This document shows positions 10,451-19,878 of a DNA stretch of 64,000 nucleotides, one piece after another. Position 1 is the first letter of the stretch. Each line of letters begins with the position of its first letter. The stretch covers positions 320,001 to 384,000 of the forward strand of contig CAVVPN010000003.1 of NCBI GenBank assembly GCA_963750165.1. Direction: 5' to 3'. The translations under genes and the position numbers were made by a program. The notes below the pieces were generated by a model. That model was not told the origin of the DNA, did no database searches, and saw only the letters and a list, made by a program, of their open reading frames with translations. This stretch comes from an uncultured Gemmataceae bacterium (GTDB taxonomy: Bacteria; Planctomycetota; Planctomycetia; Gemmatales; Gemmataceae).

Positions 10451-12165
10451 TCACACTTCCTCCGCGGATCGCTTCCGCCGTCGCAGCACCGCCGGCGCCG
10501 CGATCAGCAGACCGAGGCCGCCGAGGAAGCCGAGGTACACCAGGCTGTGCATCTGCGGCACGACCAGGCCGCGCACGCCCACGTCCGACTTCTTCGTCTC
10601 GCTGACCTGCACCCGGCGGGCTTTGCCGTGCGCGTCCCGCTCGTTCGACAGCTCCTGCTCCACGGAAATGCTGATCTCCCGCCGCGTACCATCCTGCGCC
10701 TGCCGCCGGCTTGGCACGATCATGGTGGTGTAATTCTCCTGCACTTCCCGGACGACGACCTTGAACGTGTCGCGCAGTTTGGCCACGTCGCGGGCGGGGA
10801 GGTACTTGCCGCCGGTGGCCTGGGCGATCTGCTGCAGGGCCTTCTCATCGATGCCCTGGGTGTGTAACTCGATGGACAGATCCTGGAAGCGTTTGATGAG
10901 TTCGTCCTGATTGTGGGCGTGCGAGAAACTGCCGTGCGTGGCCTTCGCCAGGGCGCTCATGGTGACCGCGTCCAGTTCGTCCTTGCGGCCGAAGGCAAGC
11001 ATGTGCAGCACCACGTCGGCGTCCCGGGCGCGTGCGATCACGTCCTCCTGACGGTGCCGGCTGCTGTTGTCCTTGCCGTCGGTCAACACCACCACGAAGC
11101 GCTTGCCCGGCGGGTTGTAGGCGTCCAGGGCGGCCACGGCGTCATAGGTCGCGTCCAGGAACGCTGTCTCCCCCTCCGGCTTCAGGTTGGCGACCTGGGT
11201 TTTCAAGGCGGCCTTGTTCCGGGTGAACGCGCCCAGGGCGCCCACGCGGGTGCTGAACGGCAGCAGAGCGGTCTCGGCCTGGGGGTGGGACTTGTCAATG
11301 AACAGCGTGGCGGCCCGCCGCAGGGCATCCATCTTGGGCGCGGTATCCTGGTCGTCGGCCGGCTCCTTCATGCTGCCGCTCTGGTCCAGGGCCATGATGG
11401 TCGTGATGCGCTGGCTGAGGCCCGGTTCGCCGACGCCAATCGTCCAGACCTGGACGCCGGCGCCCTGGCCGCGCGGATGACCTCCTCCCGTTTGGTCCGG
11501 CTGTAGACATCCACGCCGTCGGTCACCACCACCACGGCCTTGCGGCCCTTGACGCCCTTGAGCATCTGCACCGCCTGGGCGATGGCGTCATAGTAGGCGG
11601 TGCCATTTTTGGGTGCGGTGGCCTGCACCAGCTTGACCAGCTCGGCGCGGTGCTGCAACACGCGCTCGGGTTCCTGACAGGGTTCGCGTTTCAGTCGCAC
11701 CTGGTCGTCGAACAGAATGAGGCCGCAGTCCACCTTCGGGTCGAGAGTGTTGAAAAAGACCCGCGCCGCCTCCTGGGCCGCCTCGATGCGTGTCTTGCCC
11801 TTGCGCGGATCCTCCGGGTCGTTGTTGGCGTTGCTGCCGCGCACGTCCACGGCGAGCACGATCGTCAGACCGGTGTCGGGCTGCTCCTCAATGAGCTTCT
11901 CGCCGACTTTCTTGCCGTCCTCCTTGATGACGATCCAGTACTTACCCGCGCCGGCCGCCGGCAGCGCGCCGGTGCGCCGCACCCGGAACGTGACGCGCAG
12001 GTACAGGCCCTGCTTCTCGCCGGTTTCGTCGGTGCCGACGACCTGCACGCCTTCGTTGGGGTCAAAATCAATTTTGTAAAGTTCATTGCCGGCGGTCTGC
12101 CCGGAAGCCCCCGGTAGAGTGCAGAGCCAACCGACGGTGACCAGCGCAGCCAGGGTGAGTCGCAT
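10451..12165 (-). CDS. Exported, C-terminally anchored double VWA-domain protein, apparent frameshift ~11465
   Basis: Two MIDAS-like modules (AVDVRGS..TAYYDA..VTDG; ALDQSGS..TAFLDA..LTDG), signal peptide, C-terminal TM plus basic tail. Confidence 0.85.
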
Positions 12166-12188
12166 GGTATATTTCCCTTCTCCGGAAA

Positions 12189-12268
12189 GGCGAGCGGGGT
12201 TGCGTCAGCGCTCCGTGCGTCAGCGCTCCGTGCGTATTCCACGGGGCGCTGACGCGACCCCGCTCGCC
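12189..12268. repeat. REP-like hairpin GGCGAGCGG..GCGTCAGC with internal 15-bp tandem duplication
   Basis: Inverted repeat; GCGTCAGCGCTCCGT twice; related hairpin at ~54266-54332. Confidence 0.7.
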
Positions 12269-12275
12269 AGCCGGG

Positions 12276-14894
12276 TTATTTCTTCTTCGCCTCTTTCAGC
12301 ACGTCCTGCCACCAGTTCTTGAGCTTCTGCATGGCCGTGTCGGGTTCCTTCTCCTTCTTGACGGGTCGCTGCTTGCCGCGGCCGCCCGGCTTGCCACCGC
12401 CCGGCTTGCCGCCGCCGCCGCCGCCACCGCCGCCCGACGGGCCGCCGCCCGGTGTCGGCCCCGGCCCCACAGCGGTCGCGGCCGCCAGGGTCTTCTTCGG
12501 CAGCAGTCTCCGCTCCATCAGGCCCCACAGGCTGCTGGCGATGAAGTAGAGGCACAACCCGGCCGCCACCTTGTAGAAGAAGACGCCGAACACGATCATC
12601 ATGTACTTCATCATCTTCTGCTGCATTTCCTGCTGCTCGTCCGCCGGCGGCGGCGTCATCATCTTCTGCTGCGCCAGCATCAGAAACACCGCGATCACCG
12701 GCAACAGGTTCAGGTACGGCCCCAGGTAGAAGAACCAGCCGTAATAGTCTGGGTCGCTGATATACCAGATATTCTGGCCCCAGCGCAGGAGCATGTCCGG
12801 CGCCGCCAGGTTCTGAATCCACAGGAACGGTGCCAGCCGAAAGTGAATGCTCTCCTGCAGGGCGTAGTACAGGCCCAGGAAGATCGGCATTTGCAGCAGC
12901 AGCGGCAGGCAGCTGCCCAGTGGGTTGACGCCGTGCTTGCGGTACAGTTCCATCACCGCCTGATTACGCTTGGTCGGGTCGTCCTTGTATTTTTCCTGGA
13001 CCAGTTTCATTTCCGGCGCCAGGGCCTGCATCTTGATGCTCATCAGCGCCTGCCGGCGGCTGACGGGGAACATCAGGCCGCGCACCAGCACCGTGAGCAC
13101 GATGATCGTCAGGCCGTAAACGGGCACGACCGAGTGCAGCAGGTTCAGCAGCCAGTGCATCAGGTTCGTGCAATAGATGAGCAGCCACGTCCAGCCGATG
13201 GCCTGCGAGATGCCGCCGAACCAGCCGGCCGAGCGGTAGTCGGTGATGGTGCGCAGGTGCAGCGTCTCGGCGTAGCGCTTGACCAGGGCGGGGTCCACTT
13301 CCTTGTCGCCGGTGAACTGGTCGAGCAGGCCGACCTTGGCCGGGCCGTGGTAGAGCACATACTTGTGGATGAGTTTGCCGCGCGGCTTCAGCTCCGGCGA
13401 CGGGTTGCTGACGACACGGACGGTGAAGTCGTCGATCTGCGGCCGATGCTCCTTGCCGCGGCGAATCTCCACCGCCGCCAGGGCCAGCCGACCGCGGTCG
13501 TCGCGGCACTCGTAGAACGACACCAGCACGTCGTTGCCCTTCTCGAACTTGTGATGCCGCATTCGTTCGATGACGTGGGGCGTCAGCAGGAAACTGAGCT
13601 GCTTGTTTTTCAGGTCGGGAAAATGGTCGTCGAGGGCCATGACCACGAGGAGGCCCTTGCTGCCGTCGGTCTCGGCGAGGATGACGCGGCAGCGGAGTTC
13701 CTCGCTCTCCAGCGTGGGCCGGACGTAGGAGAGCACATCTTCCTTTTTGACGCCGCCCCTGGCGCGGTCGGCCTGCTTGTCATCGACGGCGGTGACGCTG
13801 GCGAAGAACTGATTCGAGGTGCCGGCGTACTGCACGTACCATTCGCCGGCGCGGACGACCTCGCCGCCCTTGCGGTTGCTGATGCGAATCTGGGTCTCGT
13901 CCAGGTCGCGGCGCAGGTTGCCGGACCCGTCCACCAGGCCGATCAGCGGCGTGCGGTAGGGGTTGGCGTAATACAGCCCTTCGATGGGCGTGCCGTGAGA
14001 ACCGGACAACTGGTAGCGGAAGGCACGGGCGGACTGGTCCGGCGACTTCTCGTCGCGCTGGTCGATGATCTCGATGGTCAGCCCAAGATGGTATTCCTTC
14101 GGGGCCAGGGTGAAGCGCTTGACGATCTTCAACTTGTCGTAGCCCGGGATTTGATCGCACGACAGCACAACCTGCTGCACCTGTTTGGTCAAGTCGGTGT
14201 CCGGCTCGACCTTCCAGACGATCTCGCCGAGCCGCGCCTGGACGGATTCTTCCTTTTTGGGGTCCGCGTAGTGGTAGAGCAGGAACGAGGCGTAAAACGG
14301 ATCGTCGCGGATCAGCCGAAGCGGGACTTTTTCGCCGTCGGCGTCGAAGACGGGGTGGCCCTCATCGTCGGCGGCCTGGAACATGGGCAGGATCAGCTCG
14401 CGGACGCCGCCGCCCCTGGTCGTGATGCTGGCCTGGATGAAATAGTCCTTGCCCTTGCCCAGGACGAGGGTGCGCGGCCCTTCCGGCGCCGGCGCCGGTT
14501 TGAGTTTGGGCAGCGGCAGCAAGGGGTTGAACGGTAGCTGCGCCAGCAGGGAGGCGGCCGCCAATTTCTTGTGCCCTTCGGGCGACACCTTCTTGAACAG
14601 CTCCCAGAAGGTGAAGCGCACGGTGCGCTCCTCCGCGAGGCGGGCGTCAATGGCCAGGCGGGCGGCGGTAAGCAGGCCAGCGCCGTCGGGCGCGGCGCTG
14701 AGGACCATCTGCGGCAGGATTTCCTTTTGCGCCTGCCGCGACTTCGGCCAGACGGGCGGGGCCGGCTTGTTGGCCTCTTGGTTCTCACCGTCCTGTTTGG
14801 TTTTCGGCGGCCACAGCTGGCTCTGCAAATACATCCAACCCACCCAGGTGGCGGCGGACAGGATGATGAACAGGATGAAGTTTCGTTGCTGCAT
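12276..14894 (-). CDS. yidC: Membrane protein insertase YidC with very large periplasmic region
   Basis: GWFG, YGLTIIVLTVLVRGLMFP, MELYRKHGVNPLGSCLPLLLQMPIF, WIQNLAAPD, AGLCLYF; upstream of mnmE. Confidence 0.95.
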   Translation of the reverse strand: MQQRNFILFIILSAATWVGWMYLQSQLWPPKTKQDGENQEANKPAPPVWPKSRQAQKEILPQMVLSAAPDGAGLLTAARLAIDARLAEERTVRFTFWELFKKVSPEGHKKLAAASLLAQLPFNPLLPLPKLKPAPAPEGPRTLVLGKGKDYFIQASITTRGGGVRELILPMFQAADDEGHPVFDADGEKVPLRLIRDDPFYASFLLYHYADPKKEESVQARLGEIVWKVEPDTDLTKQVQQVVLSCDQIPGYDKLKIVKRFTLAPKEYHLGLTIEIIDQRDEKSPDQSARAFRYQLSGSHGTPIEGLYYANPYRTPLIGLVDGSGNLRRDLDETQIRISNRKGGEVVRAGEWYVQYAGTSNQFFASVTAVDDKQADRARGGVKKEDVLSYVRPTLESEELRCRVILAETDGSKGLLVVMALDDHFPDLKNKQLSFLLTPHVIERMRHHKFEKGNDVLVSFYECRDDRGRLALAAVEIRRGKEHRPQIDDFTVRVVSNPSPELKPRGKLIHKYVLYHGPAKVGLLDQFTGDKEVDPALVKRYAETLHLRTITDYRSAGWFGGISQAIGWTWLLIYCTNLMHWLLNLLHSVVPVYGLTIIVLTVLVRGLMFPVSRRQALMSIKMQALAPEMKLVQEKYKDDPTKRNQAVMELYRKHGVNPLGSCLPLLLQMPIFLGLYYALQESIHFRLAPFLWIQNLAAPDMLLRWGQNIWYISDPDYYGWFFYLGPYLNLLPVIAVFLMLAQQKMMTPPPADEQQEMQQKMMKYMMIVFGVFFYKVAAGLCLYFIASSLWGLMERRLLPKKTLAAATAVGPGPTPGGGPSGGGGGGGGGKPGGGKPGGRGKQRPVKKEKEPDTAMQKLKNWWQDVLKEAKKK

Positions 14895-15121
14895 AATGGG
14901 CCATCGGCTGGGCGATCCTGGCCGCGGCGCGGCGCGGCGTTGTGCTCCCCGGAACATTGTTAGCATAGCAACTGGCGGCGACAACAGGGAGGTGACTTGG
15001 CGCCCGCGGTGCGCGAACGGCCCTTCGGTTTGACCGCCCGGGCCTGGGGGAGCTATCTTTCCGATACACCCGTCAAGACTCCGCCGCTCGGACACTTACA
15101 GCTTCACCCAGGACGCCACCA

Positions 15122-15436
15122 ATCACGGCGCTGTTGCTGCGACGGACGGGTGCGGCGGCGGAAATTCAGGCGTGGCTGCCGGCGGTGGCGACGTATGGAC
15201 GGCAGACGGTGGCGGCGCTACTGCTCGGCAGCGGCGAATTTCGCAACGACGCCGTGCGCACCTTCTACGGCGACCCAAGCGAGAGGCTGCTGCCGTGGGA
15301 GCCGTAGTTCGTGAACCTGCTGCGCCGCCGAGCAGCGCCGGCCGCCGCGGACATCAGCGGCTGGGTGAACTCGGGGTTCGACTTCCTGGCCCTGGAGGTG
15401 ACGCTGGCGGGGAGCCAGGAGTATTACGATCTGTAC
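15122..15436 (+). pseudogene. Remnant of a DUF4214-like surface-protein C-terminus
   Basis: Frame reads LLLRRTGAAAEIQAW..GRQTVAALLLGSGEF..FYG..[TAG 15305]..NLLRR..GWVNSG..LAGSQEYY; no start codon seen, internal stop. Confidence 0.6.
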
Positions 15437-15538
15437 TATTGCAGATTGCGAATGGGTGTAGCGGAAGTCGCCAGACTTCCGAGCAGCACCGGACGGAAGT
15501 CTGGCGACTTCCGCTACACCCAACTGCGAACCGCACTA
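15437..15538. mobile_element. Inverted copy of the 102-bp MITE-like element
   Basis: Reverse complement differs from 6379-6480 at 6 positions by manual comparison. Confidence 0.85.
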
Positions 15539-15749
15539 AAAATACTCCTGCTCGTCCTTGTCAAGCCGGTCTTGAGTACTGCTCATTAGTTGGCTGCGGT
15601 TACGTTCCAGGAATAAGACGAGGGCCCGTGTGGAACAGAACCTCTCAACCAGGGTCGATCAGGTGCTGACTGCGGTCCCAGAAGAGTGCCAAGCCTGACC
15701 GCCACGGTTCGGATCTGACGGGCACTTGCTGGCCGAATCAGGATGGGTG

Positions 15750-15977
15750 TCAGCTGCGCTCCGACACAAACGCCTTGATCCGCTCCTCAAGCGGCCCCGC
15801 CGCCGCGCGCTCCGGGGCGAAGGCGTGCGACAGCGATTCGTCCAACCGCCGCACCACCTCCAACTCCTCGCGGCAGGCGGTGCAGGTGGCGAGGTGCCGA
15901 TTCAACGCCTCGTCCTCGAACAGCAGTTCGCAGTCCACCCGGGCGGAAATCAATTGCAGGACGCGGTCGCAGTTCAT
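15750..15977 (-). CDS. Standalone zinc-binding anti-sigma domain (zf-HC2/ZAS), 75 aa
   Basis: MNC..HLATCTAC (C-x24-H-x3-C-x2-C); ungapped paralog of the N-terminus of 16060-17352. Confidence 0.85.
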   Translation of the reverse strand: MNCDRVLQLISARVDCELLFEDEALNRHLATCTACREELEVVRRLDESLSHAFAPERAAAGPLEERIKAFVSERS

Positions 15978-16017
15978 GGCCGGATGCCCTCGCAGTGCGG
16001 CACAACTCACACTTTTT

Positions 16018-16045
16018 TAGTCGAACGAGCCCGGCAAAAGGTTCC
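16018..16045 (-). promoter_or_regulatory. ECF-sigma-type promoter GGAACC-N16-CGACTA
   Basis: Minus strand GGAACCttttgccgggctcgttCGACTA, 40 nt upstream of the ATG at 15977. Confidence 0.6.
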
Positions 16046-16059
16046 CGCCGCGGCGCCGC

Positions 16060-17352
16060 TCAGGCCGACGCAACCTCGCCCGCGCCGGGGGCCGCCTCGG
16101 CGGGCGGCGGCGCCACCGGCTCGACCTCGACGCAGTTGCGGCCGCTGGCCTTGGCCCGCCGCAGCGCCGTCTCCGCCGCCTTCTTGACCTGCTCGTAGTC
16201 CGCCGGCCGATCCGCCTCCACCACCGCCAGGCCGACGCTGACCGTCACCGGGATTTCCTGGCCGTCGTAGACGAACTTGTGCGCCGCCACCTGCGCCCGC
16301 AGCCGTTCGGCCAGCGCCAGGCCGCCGGCGCGGTGCGTCTGCGGCGCGATCAGCAGGAACTCCTCGCCCCCCATGCGGCCCAGCACGTCGATCTTGCGCA
16401 ACTCCGCCGTCAGCACCCGGGCCAGTTCGCGCAGCACGTAGTCGCCGCCGGAGTGCAAATAGAGCGTGTTGACCTGCTTGAAGAAGTCCAGGTCGATGAC
16501 GCCCACCGTCAGCGCCGACGGGAAGCGCCGCCGCAGGTGCAACTCGCGCTCGACGAGGTGGTCCAGGGCCCGCCGGTTGGGCAACTGCGTCAGCGTGTCG
16601 GTCAGGGCGAACTTCTCCAGCGTCTGCGTCTTCTGCTCCAGTTCGCGGTTGGCCTCCTCCAGGGCGCGCGTCCGCTGCCGCACGCGCTCCTCCAGCTGGA
16701 CGTTCAGCTCGCTCAGTTGGGCCAGCACGCGGCCGTAGTCGCGCTCCAGCTGCAGCTGGCGGCTGGCGTCTCGCAGGGCGTTCAGCAGCGATGCGTTGTT
16801 GCCGAACGGCTTGAGCAGGTAGCGGAAGACGTGGCCGCGGTTGATGGCCTCGACCGCCTCTTCCAGGTCGCCCAGGCCGGTCATCATCAGCCGTTTGGTC
16901 TGGGGGTGGTGCGCCACGGCCCACTCCAGCAGGGTGACGCCGTTCATGCCCGGCATGCGCTGGTCGGTGAGCAGGATGTCGAAGTCGCGGCGCGCGAACC
17001 ACTCCTGGGCCTCGCGGCCGCCGCGGGCGGTCTCGACCTCGAACTCCTCGGACAGGAAGGTGCGCAGGAACAGCAGCGTTGCGGGCTGGTCGTCCACCGC
17101 CAGGACGGTGCAGCGGCGCACCGGCCGGCCGTGCGCCTGCAGGGACGCCTTGACCCGGTCCACCAGCACCTCGGCGGCCTCGCGCTCCGGCTCGTAGGCC
17201 CGCATCAGGAACTCGTCGAGCCGGCGCAGGCCGTCCAGCTCGTGGCGGCAGCCGGCGCAGCCCTCCAGGTGTTCGCCCAGCACCTTGTCCTCGAACAGGA
17301 TTTCACTGTCGATCCGGGCGGAGATCAGTTCCAGGGCTCGGTCGCAGTTCAT
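16060..17352 (-). CDS. zf-HC2 anti-sigma - receiver - coiled coil - GGDEF diguanylate cyclase fusion
   Basis: HLEGCAGC; AVDD..LTDQRMP..MTG..KPF; TDTLTQLPNRR, DLDFFKQVN, RKID I-site, GGEEF. Confidence 0.93.
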   Translation of the reverse strand: MNCDRALELISARIDSEILFEDKVLGEHLEGCAGCRHELDGLRRLDEFLMRAYEPEREAAEVLVDRVKASLQAHGRPVRRCTVLAVDDQPATLLFLRTFLSEEFEVETARGGREAQEWFARRDFDILLTDQRMPGMNGVTLLEWAVAHHPQTKRLMMTGLGDLEEAVEAINRGHVFRYLLKPFGNNASLLNALRDASRQLQLERDYGRVLAQLSELNVQLEERVRQRTRALEEANRELEQKTQTLEKFALTDTLTQLPNRRALDHLVERELHLRRRFPSALTVGVIDLDFFKQVNTLYLHSGGDYVLRELARVLTAELRKIDVLGRMGGEEFLLIAPQTHRAGGLALAERLRAQVAAHKFVYDGQEIPVTVSVGLAVVEADRPADYEQVKKAAETALRRAKASGRNCVEVEPVAPPPAEAAPGAGEVASA

Positions 17353-17431
17353 CGCTCGTCTCTCCCGTAGATGTGCGTGGAAAGTCGCAGATCGTGGCTG
17401 GGCTCGTGGGCGTTCCGTGGTCCCCGAAGTC

Positions 17432-17992
17432 TCACGGCTTCGGCTCCTTGGGCCCGGCCGTGTCCTCCGGCTCCAGGCAGGCGCGCAGCAGCTTGCGGGC
17501 GCGCGTCAGGCGCTGGTTGATGGTGGCGAACGTCACCCCGAGCCGCTCGGCCAGTTCGTCGTAGGTGGTCCGGCCCCCGGAGTAGTAAATCTCCACGACC
17601 TCGCGCAGCTCCACCGGCAGGCGGCGGACGCACTCCTTCAGGTCGTGGGAGCGCTCGCGCCGGGCGTCCGTGTCCGCGTCCGTGTCCGAGATCAGGTCCG
17701 GGGCATCGGCGTCGAGCGACAGATGCCGTCGGGCGGGGTCGCCGAGCCACTCCCGGCACAGGTTGCGGGCGACGGCGTACAGCCAGGAACCGAAGGAGGC
17801 CGGCTCGCGCAGGCTGGTGAGCTTGTCCAGGCCGCGGAGGAAGGTTTCCTGGGTCAGGTCCTCGACCACCTCGGGCCGGCGCACATGGGCCCGGCACAGC
17901 GCGGCGACCTGGCCCGTGTAGCGCTCCACCAGCCGGCCGTAAGCGCCGAGGTTGCCTTGCAACACCTGGCGCACCAGTTCCGCGTCGTCCAT
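17432..17992 (-). CDS. ECF RNA polymerase sigma factor
   Basis: DAELV, VEDLTQETFL, SFGSWLYAVARN, LPVELREVV, region 4 HTH; alternative in-frame start at 18103. Confidence 0.93.
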   Translation of the reverse strand: MDDAELVRQVLQGNLGAYGRLVERYTGQVAALCRAHVRRPEVVEDLTQETFLRGLDKLTSLREPASFGSWLYAVARNLCREWLGDPARRHLSLDADAPDLISDTDADTDARRERSHDLKECVRRLPVELREVVEIYYSGGRTTYDELAERLGVTFATINQRLTRARKLLRACLEPEDTAGPKEPKP

Positions 17993-18250
17993 TAACAGCA
18001 CCTCCGAGCAAGGGCGGGCTTGACAGGGCGGCCGGCTTTTTTTGCAACCGGCCCGGGCCGGGCGGCTGCCGCGGTGCGGGCACAGCAGTTCCTCGTCGTG
18101 CATCGCTTCGCCTCCCGGTTGGGTCGGGACTTCTCGCTGTCCTCCCCCTTCCAGAAGGCCATCGGCCCGAAGTTATTACTGTAACATGCCGATTTTTTCT
18201 GCAAGAGTAGAATAAGTGCCGTTACCCGCTTACTCTGGAGGCCCCTCGCG

Positions 18251-18627
18251 ATGGCACACCAACACTCCCCGCAGTTCCTGAAGCTGGTCGAAGATGCCAA
18301 ATCGCGCGTCCGGGAGACGACAGTTGATGAGGTGAAGGCCCGGCTGGACCGTGGCGAGCGGTTCCATTTGGTGGACGTGCGCGAGGACGGTGAGTGGGCG
18401 AAGGACCATTTGCCGGTGCTGTCCACCTGGGCCGCGGCGTCATTGAGCGCGACATCGAGCAGACGATCCCCGACAGGGCGGCGCCGATCGTGCTGTACTG
18501 CGGTGGCGGCTTCCGCTCGGCGCTGGCGGCGGACAACTTGCAGAAGATGGGTTATACCAACGTGCTGTCGATGGACGGCGGGCACCGCGGCTGGCGCGAG
18601 AAGGGCTACCCGTTGACGACGGGCTGA
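18251..18627 (+). CDS. Single-domain rhodanese/sulfurtransferase, apparent frameshift ~18412
   Basis: LVDVREDGEW..HLP[G]AVHLGRGVIERDIE..YCGGGFRSALAA..SMDGG. Confidence 0.9.
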
Positions 18628-19697
18628 CGGCGGCCGAATACCAGGGCCGGCAGCAAACGGCCGCGTGCGACGAAGTACAGGCCGGCGCCGCTGACCAGTG
18701 CCCAGTCCAGGGCGTGCGTGACGGCGGCGAAGGCCAGCGCCGCCTCGCCGCTGCCCAGCGCCACCAGGTACAGGCCCAGCCGGGCGAAGCCGTGGAAGGT
18801 GCCGACCGAACCCGGCGCCGCCGGGATCAGCGCCTCCGAACGAGGTTACCACCAAAACCGGCACGTAATGCCACGGCGCCAGGCCGAGCCCCAGTGCCTG
18901 GCCGACGCAGTAGTACGCCGCCGCCGCCGTCGCCCACCAGGCCGCCGACAGGCCCAGCACAAGCACCGTCTGTCCCGGCGACGCAAACACCTGCAACCCT
19001 TCCAGAAAACGGCCGGTCAGATGTTCCACCCTGTCGCCCAGGGCCGGGCTTACCCAGCGCACCGGCGCCGCGACCACGCGCTGCAGCCACGCCCGCCACC
19101 AGTAGCCGACCACCAGCACCAGGGCCAATCCGCCGCCGGCCAGCAGCGCCAGCCGGCCGGCGACCAGCAACTCGGGCCGGTCGGCGCCCACCAGCAGCAC
19201 GTAGACACCCAGCAGGCAAACCAGCGTCAGCACGTCCAGCACGCGCTCGACGGCGACCGTGCCGAGGCCGCGGGCACTGCTGCCGCCCTCGTGGTGGCGC
19301 AGCACGCCGACGCGCACCAGGTCCCCGAGGCGGAAAGGCAGGACGTTGTTGGCCAGCAGGCCGACGCAGATGCCGCTGAGGCAGGAGTGCAGCCGCACCT
19401 GCTGCTGCGCCGCCAGCAAGGCCCGCCAGCGCCACGCCCGCAGCGCCAGGGTGCTCAGAACGAGCGCGGCGGCAGCCAGCAATTCCGGCCCGCGGCACTG
19501 GCAGATCAATTGCCAGCTGTGCGCCAGGTCCACACCGCGGAAGGCCAGCAGCGGCAGTGCGATGCTCAACGCCACCGCCACCGCCAGGGTCACGCCGACG
19601 CGGACACCCGGGCTGCGCGCGCGCGCCGTGCGGGTGGTTCGGTAAGGTCCGGGCAGGTCGGTCGGGCCATCGGCCCGGGAATGGTCAGCGTCTGCAC
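18606..19697 (-). CDS. Lysylphosphatidylglycerol-synthase-TM (UPF0104, flippase-like) membrane protein; probable frameshifts ~19620 and ~18830; start uncertain
   Basis: RAWRWRALL, NNVLPFRLGDLVR, VERVLD, IPAAPGSVGTFH. Confidence 0.82.
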
Positions 19698-19807
19698 AGG
19701 CAAATCTCCGCGCGGGTGTCCTGCGGGATGGCTCTCTGTTCCGGCCCCGGGGCGTGACACCCTTCGCCATAACATAGCTCACGCGCCGCCAAAAAACCCG
19801 ACCGCTG

Positions 19808-19823
19808 TGCCATCCGTGTGCCA
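19808..19823 (-). promoter_or_regulatory. Possible sigma54 -24/-12 site
   Basis: TGGCACACGGATGGCA: GG-N10-GC, one mismatch to TTGC; upstream of the flippase-like gene. Confidence 0.35.
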
Positions 19824-19878
19824 GAGTTAAGTAGAGCGGCGCCGTCTGCCTCTCTCGTAACCTGCAGAGAGCCTCCCC

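Noticed and set aside
15305..15307. In-frame TAG as pyrrolysine or read-through
   Set aside because: The fragment has no start and no pyl context, and TAG is a normal stop elsewhere in the window
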